DNA of 64,000 nucleotides from Candidatus Doudnabacteria bacterium RIFCSPHIGHO2_01_FULL_46_14 (GCA_001779925.1 MFEK01000010.1:19377-83376); one strand, 5' to 3'; counted from the first letter of the stretch, positions 35,239 to 45,442 are shown. Numbers and translations are program-made. Notes: generated by a model not told the origin, from the sequence alone.

Positions 35239-38200
35239 GATTTATTATATTCCTGCCACGATTTAATTTTCAAGTCTTCCAATTTATAGGTCGTCAGAGC
35301 GCGGACAAAGGCGCGCGCGAGAAACAGATCCGTAAACAGTGGGGTGTTATTGTCCACGGTTGCCCGGCGAATGAGATGCCCGTCGGTAATGGTTGAGGCG
35401 ACATTACGCTGTTCATCAGGACTGCGCTCCGTCAGGTTAATCACAAACGCGACCTTTTTTTGGTTGATAAATTCCAGGACATTCAGCTTTCGCGATTCGT
35501 GGACTTTGTAGACTTTGGAGCATTTTACCCCGGATTTATTGAAAAAGTCGCACGTAGTATCAGTCGCGTAAATTTTAAATCCAGCTCTGAGAAGCGCTTT
35601 CGCGCTTTCCAAAAACCGTTTTTTGTTCATGATGCCGCCGAGGGACAAGAGCACGGCTTTTTTGTTGATAAACGGCACGGTAGCATAAACAGATTTGAGA
35701 AGGGCTTCGTCCGCATCATCACCAAAACACGCGACCTCGCCGGTGGAAGCCATTTCCACATGCAGGAGCGGATCCGCGCCTGCAAGCCTGGCAAAAGAAA
35801 ACTGCGGCGATTTTACTACAACGCTACTAGGATAAGGGATTTCAATCCTACGACTTTTACCATAGAACGAGGCCACGATCATTTCCGCAAAATTAACACC
35901 GGTGGCCTTGGAAAGAAGCGGAAAGGTTCGGGACGCGCGGAGGTTTGCTTCAATCACGTAAACCCGGTTGTCTTTGACCAAAAACTGCACGTTTAATGGC
36001 CCGGTGATGGTGAGGGCGCGAGCCAGGGCGGCCCCGACCTTCATGATCTTCTGTTCCGTGGAAGCAAAAACCCGCTGGGTCGGATAAACAATCGTCGCAT
36101 CTCCGGAATGCACGCCCGCATTTTCAATGTGTTCGGAGATAGCTTGCACCTGAATGCGGCCATTTTGCGCGACCGCGTCAAGCTCGATCTCCCGCGCGCT
36201 CGTGAAAAATTTGGAAATAGTCACAGGATGGGTCTTGTTAAGAGTCGTTGCTTTATTTACAAACCATTCCAGCTCGTGCTCATTGTAACAAACTGACATT
36301 GCCGACCCGGAGAGCACGTATGAGGGACGCACCAAAACCGGATAGCCCACCTCGCTTGCAAACTTTTGCGCCTCGGCCATATCCGTAAAACTGTTCCAGC
36401 GCGGCTGGGGGATGGCAAGCCTGTCTAGCAGCGCGGAAAATTTATTACGGTCTTCCGCCCGATCAATATTTTCGGCCGCGGTGCCGAGAAGTTTCGCCCC
36501 ATATTCAGAAAGAGCGTTGGCCAGGTTGTTCGGCGCCTGGCCGCCGACCGACACAACCACGCCTTCGGGTTTTTCAAAATCGAGAATCTCGGTCACTGTT
36601 TCAAATGACAGCTCCTCGAAATAGAGCCTTGCCGACATGTCGTAGTCCGTAGAAACTGTTTCCGGATTGCAATTAATAATGATCGACTGCCTGCCGTATT
36701 TCGGAAGCGCAAGCGCGGTATGGACGCACGACCAGTCAAACTCTACGGACGAACCAATATGATATGGGCCGGAACCCAAAACCACCACGCTTTTTTTACC
36801 AAGGGCCCTCACATCATGGTGCGAACCATTATAGGTCAAGTAAAGATAATTGGTTTTCGCCGGTACCTCGCCTGCCAGCGTGTCGATCTGAAATACCGAG
36901 GGCGTAACACGCAGTTTTTTGCGAAGCTTGCGGATCTCTGTTTCCGGCACATTCCTGATATGCGCTATGCGACGATCAGAAAACCCGAGTTGTTTGAGGT
37001 GCCAAAGCTCGTCTGTTTCCAGTTTCTTATTTCTGGCAAGTCCGAGCTCGGCCTCGACAATATTTTTAACGCGATAAAGAAACCATGGATCAATCCCAGT
37101 CAGAGCTTTGATTTTCCTGATCGGCACATTGCGTTTTATGGCTGAAGCCAGGGCAAATAGACGCTTTGGCGTGGGCACGCGCAAATAGCGCTCAAGCTCT
37201 TCCGGAGAAAAATTATTATCCGTTACGCCTTCCACACGGCCATGGAGCATGCGCACGGCTTTCTGCAGAGCCTCCTCAAACGTGCGGCCAACGGCCATAA
37301 CCTCGCCCACGCTCTTCATGGCACTGCCGATTTTTTCCTCGGCCCCGCGGAATTTTTCCAAATCCCAGCGCGGGATTTTCACTACTACGTAATCAAGCGC
37401 TGGTTCAAAAAAAGACTGGGTAACCTTTGTAACTTGATTCTGTACATCAAGAAGAGATTTTCCAAGGGCAAGTTTCGCGGCTACGTATGCGAGCGGATAA
37501 CCCGTGGCTTTCGAAGCCAAAGCCGAAGATCGGGAGAGGCGGGCGTTGACCTCTATAACTTCAAAATCAAATCCACCCCCACCCCGCCTCCCCCCTCGAG
37601 GGGGAGGAATCCTTCTGTACTTCCCTCCCCTTGAGGGGGAGGGACTAAGGGAGGGGTGAGGGTTTACCGCATATTGAACGTTGCACTCGCCGACTATTCC
37701 CAAAGAACGCACGATTTTTATGGAAGCCTCGCGCAACAAATGATATTCGTCATTGGTCAGGGTCTGGCTCGGCGCCACCACAATCGAATCACCGGTATGG
37801 ATGCCGAGGGGATCGAGGTTTTCCATGTTGCAGACAGTAACGCAATTGTCATAGGCATCCCGAACCACTTCGTATTCAAGCTCTTTGTAGTGATGTAGAT
37901 ATTTTTCTACGAGAATTTGCGAGGAGATAGCGAGCGCGTCTCTTGCAATCTTTTCTAATTCCTCCCTACTCCGCGCCATCCCAGATTTTTGTCCACCGAG
38001 CGCATAAGCCGCTCTGACCATGACCGGGTAGCCAATATTTTTGGCAATCTTTAACGCCTGCGGTAAATTTGTAGCCGCCTTGCTTTTCGGCACGGAAATA
38101 TTTATTTTTTTCAAATGATCAGCAAATTTCTGACGATCTTCAGTAAGAACAATGGCCTCAATAGGGGTTCCGAGCACTGCTACGCCATATTTTTTCAGAA

Positions 38201-38546
38201 CGCCTTTTTTGTGCAAAGCCAGGCCGCAGTTGAGCGCAGTCTGTCCGCCAAATGACAGAAAAATTCCATCAGGCCGCTCTTTTTCTATCACCCGTTCCAC
38301 AAAATAGGGCGTAACCGGCAGGAAATAAATTTCGTCCGCAAGAAGCGGCGAGGTCTGAATGGTCGCAATATTGGGATTTACGAGAATGATTTTGATTCCT
38401 TCCTCCCGCAGAGCTTTCATTGCCTGGCTGCCAGAGTAATCAAACTCGCCTGCTTCGCCGATTTTCAGCGCGCCTGATCCCAGAACTAAAACTTTTTTTA
38501 TACCCCCTCTCCTTTCTAAGGAGAGGGTTGGGGTGAGGTCTCTCAT
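35235..38546 (-). CDS. carB: carbamoyl-phosphate synthase large subunit
   Basis: 1103 aa, two ATP-grasp halves + MGS-like domain; N-terminal 14 aa (MRDLTPTLSLERRGG) encoded by repeat R11; R10 in-frame after first ATP-grasp. Confidence 0.95.
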   Translation of the reverse strand: MRDLTPTLSLERRGGIKKVLVLGSGALKIGEAGEFDYSGSQAMKALREEGIKIILVNPNIATIQTSPLLADEIYFLPVTPYFVERVIEKERPDGIFLSFGGQTALNCGLALHKKGVLKKYGVAVLGTPIEAIVLTEDRQKFADHLKKINISVPKSKAATNLPQALKIAKNIGYPVMVRAAYALGGQKSGMARSREELEKIARDALAISSQILVEKYLHHYKELEYEVVRDAYDNCVTVCNMENLDPLGIHTGDSIVVAPSQTLTNDEYHLLREASIKIVRSLGIVGECNVQYAVNPHPSLSPSPSRGGKYRRIPPPRGGRRGGGGFDFEVIEVNARLSRSSALASKATGYPLAYVAAKLALGKSLLDVQNQVTKVTQSFFEPALDYVVVKIPRWDLEKFRGAEEKIGSAMKSVGEVMAVGRTFEEALQKAVRMLHGRVEGVTDNNFSPEELERYLRVPTPKRLFALASAIKRNVPIRKIKALTGIDPWFLYRVKNIVEAELGLARNKKLETDELWHLKQLGFSDRRIAHIRNVPETEIRKLRKKLRVTPSVFQIDTLAGEVPAKTNYLYLTYNGSHHDVRALGKKSVVVLGSGPYHIGSSVEFDWSCVHTALALPKYGRQSIIINCNPETVSTDYDMSARLYFEELSFETVTEILDFEKPEGVVVSVGGQAPNNLANALSEYGAKLLGTAAENIDRAEDRNKFSALLDRLAIPQPRWNSFTDMAEAQKFASEVGYPVLVRPSYVLSGSAMSVCYNEHELEWFVNKATTLNKTHPVTISKFFTSAREIELDAVAQNGRIQVQAISEHIENAGVHSGDATIVYPTQRVFASTEQKIMKVGAALARALTITGPLNVQFLVKDNRVYVIEANLRASRTFPLLSKATGVNFAEMIVASFYGKSRRIEIPYPSSVVVKSPQFSFARLAGADPLLHVEMASTGEVACFGDDADEALLKSVYATVPFINKKAVLLSLGGIMNKKRFLESAKALLRAGFKIYATDTTCDFFNKSGVKCSKVYKVHESRKLNVLEFINQKKVAFVINLTERSPDEQRNVASTITDGHLIRRATVDNNTPLFTDLFLARAFVRALTTYKLEDLKIKSWQEYNKS
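37573..37661. repeat. repeat family A, locus R10 (inverted pair) in-frame within carB
   Basis: ccacccccaccccgcctcccccctcgagggggagg...ttccctccccttgagggggagggactaagggaggggtgagg; encodes ...PSLSPSPSRGGKYRRIPPPRGGRRGGGGF... Confidence 0.85.
38500..38540. repeat. repeat family A, locus R11 (variant) at the carA/carB junction
   Basis: ataccccctctcctttctaaggagagggttggggtgaggtc; carA stop and carB start overlap (ATGA) at 38543-38546. Confidence 0.7.
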
Positions 38547-39646
38547 TCCAATTTCTTTATAAATTCATCGAAAATCCAGCCAGTGTCGAGCGGGCCGGGG
38601 TGAGACTCGGGATGAAACTGCACAGACATGAACGGCAAATGCTCGTGGATAATCCCTTCGTTGGTTTTGTCATTGACATTCACAAACCAAGCCCGAAAAC
38701 CTTTAGGGATTTTTTTGACCGCAAAACCGTGATTTTGCGTGGTGAGATAAGCGCGCTTAGTACCGACCAGAATGGCCCCGTGGTTTTGCCCGCGGTGGCC
38801 GAATTTTAGCTTATAAGTATCTCCGCCAGCGGCCAGAGTGAGAATCTGGTTACCAAGACAAATACCGAGAATGGGAATTTTTTTTTCTAAAGCAATTTTG
38901 GTAATCGCAATCGTTCTCGTGGCCATCTTCGGATCGCCCGGGCCATTGGAAATAACTATACCGTCAAACTTTAACCGCTTGGCAAAAATATCATAGTCCC
39001 AAGGCACAACTGTCACGCGGATTTTTCTTTTGACCAGTTCGCGGATAATATTCTGTTTTACGCCGCAATCGAAAACCACAACTGTCTTTCGTCCGGAACC
39101 GGATTTTACTATTCGTTTTGTGGAGACCTCTGCAACCAAGTTACGCAAATTAGGATCTGCAAAATCACCCCCACCTAACCTCCTCCCTCGAGGGGGAGGA
39201 ATCCGCGATTTTCCCCTCCCTGGAGGGGAGGGGTTGGGGGAGGGTGAAAATGAGATTTTGCCTAGCATTACACCCTTTTCCCGCAATTTTTTCGTAAGCG
39301 CTCTGGAGTCTTTGATTTCCAGGGCTGGGATATTTTCCGCAGCTAGCCACTGCGCTAACGTCCGCCGCGAAGAATAATGCGACGGCGTATCTATATAATT
39401 AGATACTATCAATCCCGAAACTTTGATGCTGGCTGATTCCCAAACTTTTTTGTCTGGCACGCCATAGTTCCCGACCAGCGGATAAGTGAGTACCAAAATC
39501 TGCCCTTGATACGACGGATCAGTGAGGCTTTCCGGATATCCAACCATTCCCGTGGCAAAAACCACCTCACCAGAAACACTCCTCCGCGCACCGAAGCTGG
39601 TCCCGATTAATTCGGTATTATCTTCTAAAATTAGGCGTCCTAGCAT
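38543..39646 (-). CDS. carA: carbamoyl-phosphate synthase small (glutamine amidotransferase) subunit
   Basis: GATase triad region ...GICLGNQ...; R12 in-frame (..SPSPNPSPPGRGKSRIPPPRGRRLGGGDF..). Confidence 0.9.
   Translation of the reverse strand: MLGRLILEDNTELIGTSFGARRSVSGEVVFATGMVGYPESLTDPSYQGQILVLTYPLVGNYGVPDKKVWESASIKVSGLIVSNYIDTPSHYSSRRTLAQWLAAENIPALEIKDSRALTKKLREKGVMLGKISFSPSPNPSPPGRGKSRIPPPRGRRLGGGDFADPNLRNLVAEVSTKRIVKSGSGRKTVVVFDCGVKQNIIRELVKRKIRVTVVPWDYDIFAKRLKFDGIVISNGPGDPKMATRTIAITKIALEKKIPILGICLGNQILTLAAGGDTYKLKFGHRGQNHGAILVGTKRAYLTTQNHGFAVKKIPKGFRAWFVNVNDKTNEGIIHEHLPFMSVQFHPESHPGPLDTGWIFDEFIKKLE
39165..39250. repeat. repeat family A, locus R12 (inverted pair) in-frame within carA
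   Basis: tcacccccacctaacctcctccctcgagggggagg...ttcccctccctggaggggaggggttgggggagggtgaaaa. Confidence 0.85.
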
Positions 39647-39739
39647 AAATTTCTAATTGCTCTAATTTCTAATTGACCTAAATAATGACCAAATCCCAAT
39701 TTCCCAATATTAATCATTGGTGCTTGTTTAGAAATTAGG
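39647..39739. repeat. AT-rich repeat family B, copy X (carA upstream region)
   Basis: atttctaattgctctaatttctaattgacctaaataatgaccaaat...; related copies at 46853-46968 and 47377-47414. Confidence 0.5.
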
Positions 39740-40951
39740 TTAATTCTTTCCATACACTTTCCCTCTCACTATCGTATGCGTAATCCTTCCCGGGAATGTT
39801 ACTCCCTCAAACGGGGACCAGCCGACCTTGGTTTTCAGGTCAGTTTTCTGCACAGTGATTCCAAGTGAAAAATCCAGAATAGCAAGCGAACCAACGTAAC
39901 CGGCCGCAATTTTGCCGAATTTATTTACAGTAAATTGACTGAGAAACAAGCCTGGGTTATAAGAGCAAACTTTGGCAATCTGCATGGGTAGAAAATCATA
40001 GGTCTTCATGAGCCAGCCGGCAAACAGACCGTAAGTATCCAGGTGCGGCAAACCGGCAGCACCTGCTTCTTTCTCCTCCATAGTATGAGGCGCGTGATCA
40101 GAAGCAAGATAATCAATAACGCCGTCTCGCAGTCCACCAATAAGCGCCAAGCGATCGGCTTCTGCACGCAGAGGCGGATTCATCACGAGCGGCGTCGAGT
40201 CGTCGAAATATAAATGATGCGGCGTAACCTCGGCCGTTACCGGCAAGCCGCGAAGCTTTGCCTCACGGATCATTTCCAGACCTTCTCTGGTGGTCAGGTG
40301 GCAGATCTTCCCCTGGATTTCATATTTCTCAATGAGCATGATGGCAAATTTGATGGCAGAAATTTCCGCTTCCCGCGGCCGGCGCGCTTCATGCACTGGC
40401 TCGTTTTGGCTGAACTGGAGGATTTCCGGGTCCTCACAATGAAAACTTACAAACTGCCCCTGATAATTTTTCACCGTCTCTTCTACCTCCGCAAGCGAGG
40501 TAAAAAACAGATCACCAATCGAAGGTCCCAAAAAAACTTTATAAGGCACTCTCGTGGTTAACGGAATCGAACCAGAACGAATCCCCGCGTACAGCACCAC
40601 GTCGACCAGTGATGATCTGGTCAAGGTTTTTTTGAGAGCATAGCTCTCGGAATCGATCGGCGGCACGGTATTGTTGGGCATGTCTGCCACAGTCACAACG
40701 CCGCCATTTATGGCTGCTTCAGACATGGACTGAAAATCTTCCTTATAATTTTGACTGCCGCTCACATCCTCCCGAGCGTGTACGTGCACGTCCACAAATC
40801 CGGGGAAAATAAGCCCCGGAGTTTTGATATCCGCGGTTCCAAGATTTTGTCCAACGCTTTCTATCAATCCAGAATCCTGATCAATGAGAATCTGGCCATC
40901 CTGCTCTCCGTCCACATTTACGATTTTTCCTTCGACAATTAATTTGTTCAC
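39740..40951 (-). CDS. pyrC: dihydroorotase
   Basis: FPGFVDVHVHARED... metal-binding His pair; amidohydrolase fold. Confidence 0.85.
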   Translation of the reverse strand: MNKLIVEGKIVNVDGEQDGQILIDQDSGLIESVGQNLGTADIKTPGLIFPGFVDVHVHAREDVSGSQNYKEDFQSMSEAAINGGVVTVADMPNNTVPPIDSESYALKKTLTRSSLVDVVLYAGIRSGSIPLTTRVPYKVFLGPSIGDLFFTSLAEVEETVKNYQGQFVSFHCEDPEILQFSQNEPVHEARRPREAEISAIKFAIMLIEKYEIQGKICHLTTREGLEMIREAKLRGLPVTAEVTPHHLYFDDSTPLVMNPPLRAEADRLALIGGLRDGVIDYLASDHAPHTMEEKEAGAAGLPHLDTYGLFAGWLMKTYDFLPMQIAKVCSYNPGLFLSQFTVNKFGKIAAGYVGSLAILDFSLGITVQKTDLKTKVGWSPFEGVTFPGRITHTIVRGKVYGKN

Positions 40952-41016
40952 CCCGTTAGAAATTCCTTGTGATTAAATATGTAAATTTACGTAATTTCTC
41001 CATATGTCAACGGTAT

Positions 41017-42186
41017 CTATTGATTATCATGTATTTCTAACGGGGCGAGTCTATGATTTGCTCCAACAACTTCTTTAACTGACCGAAATCCATCAGCTTC
41101 CAATAATTTTACCAAACCCCGTTTAATTTTTTTCGGCAACGAAGGACCTTCATAAATCATACCCGTATAAATTTCCACGAGGCTTGCGCCAGCGCGGATC
41201 TTTTCGTACGCATCCTCAGCGGAAAAAATCCCCCCTGCTCCGATTATCGGTACTCGGCCTTCAAGCTTTTTGTAAAGATAACCGATCACTTCAGTAACTC
41301 TCTTGGCAATCGGGCGGCCAGACAAACCGCCCCCGCCCATGCCCTCAGTGGCAGCGGTATTAGTCGCAATAACCCCGTCAATCTTTGTTTCCAAAACAAT
41401 CTCTGCAATATCATCAAGCTCACCGTCAGTCAGATCAGGTGAGATTTTGAGAAGCAAAGGCCGCCACCCCCACCTAACCTCCTCGCCTCGCCTTCGCTCG
41501 GACGAAGCGGGCCCCCTCAAAGGGGAGGAATTCGTTTGTATTTCCCTCCCCTCGAGGGGGAGGGCTGGGGAGGGGTGATTCAATTTCTGTAATTCCATAA
41601 GCAAATTCCTCAGCTCCTCTTTCCCCTGTAATTCCCGCAGTCCCGGTGTATTTGGAGAACTAACATTGACCACCACATAGTCGGCCAAGGGCGCTAATTC
41701 TGTAAATCCCGTGGCATAATCGCGCAGAGCCTCCTCGTTCGGCGTAATTTTATTTTTTCCTAGATTGACCCCGATCACAAAATCGCGCTTCTCAAGTCTT
41801 TTCAAATTTTTCGCCACTGCCATTGCGCCCATGCTGTTAAATCCCATCCGGTTGATGATCGCCTTATCCGCATCCAGACGAAATAGTCGTGGTTTGGGAT
41901 TGCCCGGCTGCGGCTCAGGGGTCACAGTCCCCACTTCAATAAACCCAAACCCGAGCGCGGCCATGAACCGCGCAAAGCCGCCGGATTTATCATAGCCAGG
42001 TGCAAGGCCGATCGGATTTTTGAATCTGACTCCAAAGACTTCAGTCTCAAGCGATGGATGTTCGTACCGAAACAACGGCGAAAACACTTCGGAAAGTCCC
42101 GAAAAATTCCTGCCCAAAGCCGCCACAGCATTGTGCATGGTTTCTGGCTGGATAGTAAATAAAATCGGCCGCAAAAGTTTATACAT
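41017..42186 (-). CDS. pyrD: dihydroorotate dehydrogenase (class 2-like, with N-terminal extension)
   Basis: FKNPIGLAPGYDKSG..., FIEVGTVTPEPQPGNPKPRLFRL; R13 in-frame. Confidence 0.85.
   Translation of the reverse strand: MYKLLRPILFTIQPETMHNAVAALGRNFSGLSEVFSPLFRYEHPSLETEVFGVRFKNPIGLAPGYDKSGGFARFMAALGFGFIEVGTVTPEPQPGNPKPRLFRLDADKAIINRMGFNSMGAMAVAKNLKRLEKRDFVIGVNLGKNKITPNEEALRDYATGFTELAPLADYVVVNVSSPNTPGLRELQGKEELRNLLMELQKLNHPSPALPLEGREIQTNSSPLRGPASSERRRGEEVRWGWRPLLLKISPDLTDGELDDIAEIVLETKIDGVIATNTAATEGMGGGGLSGRPIAKRVTEVIGYLYKKLEGRVPIIGAGGIFSAEDAYEKIRAGASLVEIYTGMIYEGPSLPKKIKRGLVKLLEADGFRSVKEVVGANHRLAPLEIHDNQ
41464..41578. repeat. repeat family A, locus R13 (inverted pair; first unit with nested hairpin insertion) in-frame within pyrD
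   Basis: cacccccacctaacctcctcgcc[tcgccttcgctcggacgaagcgg]gccccctcaaaggggagg...tttccctcccctcgagggggagggctggggaggggtga. Confidence 0.85.
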
Positions 42187-42982
42187 TGCGGTACTGGTTT
42201 ATCTCATCTCGCAATTTCTTAGCCTCTTTCCCCGGGTCTTTAGCGAAAATTATCGAGCGAGCGGCATTAATTATCATGCCTTTTTTCTCGCTGTTCAGGC
42301 CCGCTTCTACCGCAGCTTTCACATCGCCGCCTTGCGCCCCGATACCGGGCACAAGCAAGGTCATATCGCCCGTGATCTCCCTCACCTTTTTTAACTCTGC
42401 TGGATAGGTCGCACCCACAACTAGCATGCAGTTCTGGTTTTCATTCCATTCGCTCGAGACCTTTTCGGCAACAATCTGCCACAGTGGTTTTTCGTTCGAA
42501 ATCAGATCCTGAAACTCGCCTGCGCCCGTGTTAGAGGTCCGGCACAAAATGATCGAGACCTTATCATAACGAACCAGAAACGGCTGGAGCGCTTCCCGGC
42601 CAAGATAAGGGTGCAGAGTGATCGCGTCAAAACCGAAATAGTCGAAAAATGCAGTCACATAACCCGCATTGGTGTTGCCAATGTCTGCGCGCTTGGCGTC
42701 GCAGATCGTAAAAATCTCCGGGTGCTTCTTATGCAGATAATCCATGGTGAGTTTCAACTCAGTTATTCCGGACTCGCCGCGCGATTCATAAAAAGCCAGG
42801 TTCAGCTTGTAAGCTGCCGCATATTTGTGTGTTTCATTGATAATGTATCTATTGAACGCTAACTGCGGCTGGGACATAGTTTGAAATTCCTGCGGCAATT
42901 TCGTCAGGTCTGAATCAAGTCCTACGCATAACAGAGAATTTATTTCGTCGACACAGGAATTGTATCTATCAATTGGATTCAT
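42179..42982 (-). CDS. pyrF: orotidine-5-prime-phosphate decarboxylase (type 2, long form)
   Basis: 267 aa; ...LLCVGLDSD...; ...ICDAKRADIGNT... motifs. Confidence 0.8.
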   Translation of the reverse strand: MNPIDRYNSCVDEINSLLCVGLDSDLTKLPQEFQTMSQPQLAFNRYIINETHKYAAAYKLNLAFYESRGESGITELKLTMDYLHKKHPEIFTICDAKRADIGNTNAGYVTAFFDYFGFDAITLHPYLGREALQPFLVRYDKVSIILCRTSNTGAGEFQDLISNEKPLWQIVAEKVSSEWNENQNCMLVVGATYPAELKKVREITGDMTLLVPGIGAQGGDVKAAVEAGLNSEKKGMIINAARSIIFAKDPGKEAKKLRDEINQYRNV

Positions 42983-43557
42983 GATTTCCTCCGTTTTAAT
43001 TCTCCTATCACCAAATTTACCAATTTCACAGGATTGCTTTCAAAAATTATTTTCGCCTTACGTTTTTTGGAGGTCTCTTTTAAAAGTCTGGGCAATTCAT
43101 CGGCAAATCCGCCGCTTTTGACGAGCACGCCGATGACCCGGCCGTAATCATGCAAACTGCAAAATTCGTGCATAGTGCCCCAGCGCCCGGCAATGATTAC
43201 GCCCGCATCACACGTAGCAGTAGACATTACGTTCCGGTATTTTCTGGTCACCTCAAGGTCGCGGGCGAAAGGAAAATTTTTCGGCACAAACACTATTTTA
43301 CTGTATACCCGGGGATCATCATCAGGAAAAAATTTACTGTGGTCTTTTTGATTTCTGAGAGGCGAAAAACCCCACACCTCGCCGCCGGATTCATGCGCAC
43401 CGACAGCGGCTGCATAAGGCAGTCCCGGGCAAGCGCCAGTGACGACGATATTTCCAGCTGTGGCAATCGCGCGGCCGATTTTTTCGGACTTCATTGTGGC
43501 TTTGACGATTTCTGCCTCGCCCCCAGCTGAGCCAAAAACTCCGATTTTATATTTCAT
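42979..43557 (-). CDS. LOG/TIGR00725-family Rossmann-fold protein embedded in the pyr operon
   Basis: IGVFGSAGG...; GRWGTMHEF (GGxGTxxE-like). Confidence 0.5.
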   Translation of the reverse strand: MKYKIGVFGSAGGEAEIVKATMKSEKIGRAIATAGNIVVTGACPGLPYAAAVGAHESGGEVWGFSPLRNQKDHSKFFPDDDPRVYSKIVFVPKNFPFARDLEVTRKYRNVMSTATCDAGVIIAGRWGTMHEFCSLHDYGRVIGVLVKSGGFADELPRLLKETSKKRKAKIIFESNPVKLVNLVIGELKRRKS

Positions 43558-44204
43558 ACTTTTTCTTTATTAGCTTCGTGCCAAGCATCAGGGTCTTTAC
43601 TCCAGCTTAGAGCGTTATCCTTTTCCTCATCATTCAAATATTTCTCTTGAGAAGCTAGCTTGATTAAGGTAGAAAGATTGCTGAGTGCAAAAAAATTCAC
43701 GTTGGCATCAGCAAAAGCTTTCTTGGCTTTCTCCATTTCGTAATTAAAAATCGCCAAAACCGCAACAATATTCGCGTCATACTCCCGCTTACAAGCATTC
43801 ACAGAAGAGAGCGAACTCCGGCCTGTTGAAATTAAATCCTCTACAACCAAAACTCTAGCGCCTTTTGCCATTACCCCTTCCACCTGTTTTGCAGCACCGT
43901 AATCCTTTGGTTGGGCCCTGACATATACCAATGATTTTTCTAACTCTGCTGCCAGGAAAGATGCCCAAGGAATGCCAGCTGTTGCAGTGCCTGCTATTAC
44001 ATCGAATTCCAGATTATTTTCTTTGATCAAATCCTTAAATCCTTCCAAAACAACACTTCGCTCTTTTGGATAAGAGATTAAAAGACGATTATCGCAATAA
44101 ATCGGGGCAAGCAATCCCGTATTCCATTCAAACGGTGGATTAACGCTTACTTTCACAGCTTTTATACCCAGTAACAATTTGGCGATAGCTTCTTCTCTGT
44201 TCAT
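43554..44204 (-). CDS. pyrE: orotate phosphoribosyltransferase
   Basis: PRPP-binding motif VLVVEDLISTGRS. Confidence 0.85.
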   Translation of the reverse strand: MNREEAIAKLLLGIKAVKVSVNPPFEWNTGLLAPIYCDNRLLISYPKERSVVLEGFKDLIKENNLEFDVIAGTATAGIPWASFLAAELEKSLVYVRAQPKDYGAAKQVEGVMAKGARVLVVEDLISTGRSSLSSVNACKREYDANIVAVLAIFNYEMEKAKKAFADANVNFFALSNLSTLIKLASQEKYLNDEEKDNALSWSKDPDAWHEANKEKV

Positions 44205-45043
44205 AAACTTTGGACTTTATCTTTAATCGAAACTTTGGCCTGCGGCGAAACAATCGAGTCAGTCGAGAACACGCATTCAGCGAGCTTGCCGATCTGCGCG
44301 GGCGAATCAAACAAAAACAGTCCGTGAACCGCGGCCACGCATATGCGCTTGGCGCCGCAGGCTTTTATTTTCTCAATGCCAGTAATCATCGTGGAACCAG
44401 TACTTATCATATCATCGATTAAAAGCACGTTTTTGTCCTGCACATCAAACTCGCAAACCATTCCTTCGATCGGCCGGTAATCTACCTTACCTTCATACTG
44501 CTTGCGATTCTTTTTCATAAATTTCCCGCCGTGGTTTTTCACGAGGTAGGATGCGCCCTCATCCAAACCAATGATCTCAAAATCCTCGCCGCCGAAAAAA
44601 TCTTTTGCCTGCATGATCAACTCATCTCCCATGGACAGATTTTGAATTTTCAAATTCCCATATTTTTTTTCGCCTTCCTCATTGAGAAAATGACAATCAA
44701 ACGTGATGAGTTTTTCACAGCCCGCGGCCGCTATCAGATTGCACGTTATCGGCGCGCTGGCAATCTCGCCATCAAGGATCTGTTTTTCATGGCGCGCATA
44801 CGGCAGATACGGCGACACCACAGTCACGCGCGCCTTGTGCTCTTTGAGCGCCTCGAGAATGAGGAGGAGTTCTACAAACATGCTGTTTTGTTTGGGATAA
44901 AGGCGATGAAATAGCATGACCTCTTTCCCGGCATACTCCTGGAGATTCGGGATGCGCACATGCGTGTTGCCATCAGGAAATTTGCCGATTTCGACGTTCG
45001 GCTCAAAAAGGTCTGAAAAGTTTGGGGAAACGAGTTTTATCAT
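44201..45043 (-). CDS. prs: ribose-phosphate pyrophosphokinase (PRPP synthase)
   Basis: ...LLIDDMISTGSTM... PRPP motif, N-terminal PRTase-type domain. Confidence 0.9.
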   Translation of the reverse strand: MIKLVSPNFSDLFEPNVEIGKFPDGNTHVRIPNLQEYAGKEVMLFHRLYPKQNSMFVELLLILEALKEHKARVTVVSPYLPYARHEKQILDGEIASAPITCNLIAAAGCEKLITFDCHFLNEEGEKKYGNLKIQNLSMGDELIMQAKDFFGGEDFEIIGLDEGASYLVKNHGGKFMKKNRKQYEGKVDYRPIEGMVCEFDVQDKNVLLIDDMISTGSTMITGIEKIKACGAKRICVAAVHGLFLFDSPAQIGKLAECVFSTDSIVSPQAKVSIKDKVQSL

Positions 45044-45093
45044 ATTTTTGTGCGACCCGTCCCTGCGGCGTCCGCCCTAGGCGGACTGCTGGG

Positions 45094-45118
45094 CAAAAAA
45101 ATAGACCCCATTGGGGTC
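45094..45118 (-). terminator. rho-independent terminator between a short leader transcript and prs
   Basis: gacccc-att-ggggtc hairpin followed on minus strand by T7. Confidence 0.6.
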
Positions 45119-45179
45119 TTATTACACCTTAAGAAAGTTTACGCGGATTGGGCAGTTGAGCTTAGTCATTTCTTCTGGG

Positions 45180-45208
45180 ATCTTACACGAAAAACAGGGG
45201 TTTGTCAA
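45180..45208 (-). promoter_or_regulatory. sigma70-like promoter TTGACA-17-TAAGAT on minus strand
   Basis: Reverse complement of 45203-45208 = TTGACA; of 45180-45185 = TAAGAT; same hexamers as the promoter at 5307. Confidence 0.6.
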
Positions 45209-45224
45209 ACACCCACAAGTTGAA

Positions 45225-45266
45225 TAAAAAAATACAAAAGGGCTGGGAAAACAGGTCCCAGCCCTT
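45225..45266 (-). terminator. rho-independent terminator (gggctggga / tcccagccc stem + T7)
   Basis: Direct reading, minus strand. Confidence 0.65.
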
Positions 45267-45352
45267 TGGGGTGAGTCAAAAAGGTAGCGGAGTTTAGTCT
45301 GAGGCGCGCCAGCTTGGTAAACAGTCTGACGCAGATTGAGGATCCCCTCCTT

Positions 45353-45439
45353 TCATGCCTGCAAAATTTCGGTCTGGCTACCCACGCTCACTCCTTTCAG
45401 GTATGAAATTGGGAATTTCCTGTTGGTCGCGATCTTCAT
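45353..45439 (-). CDS. candidate micro-ORF B (MKIATNRKFPISYLKGVSVGSQTEILQA) with perfect SD AAGGAGG
   Basis: AAGGAGG 6 nt upstream of ATG; lies between ORF A and terminator 45225-45266. Confidence 0.2.
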   Translation of the reverse strand: MKIATNRKFPISYLKGVSVGSQTEILQA

Positions 45440-45442
45440 GGC

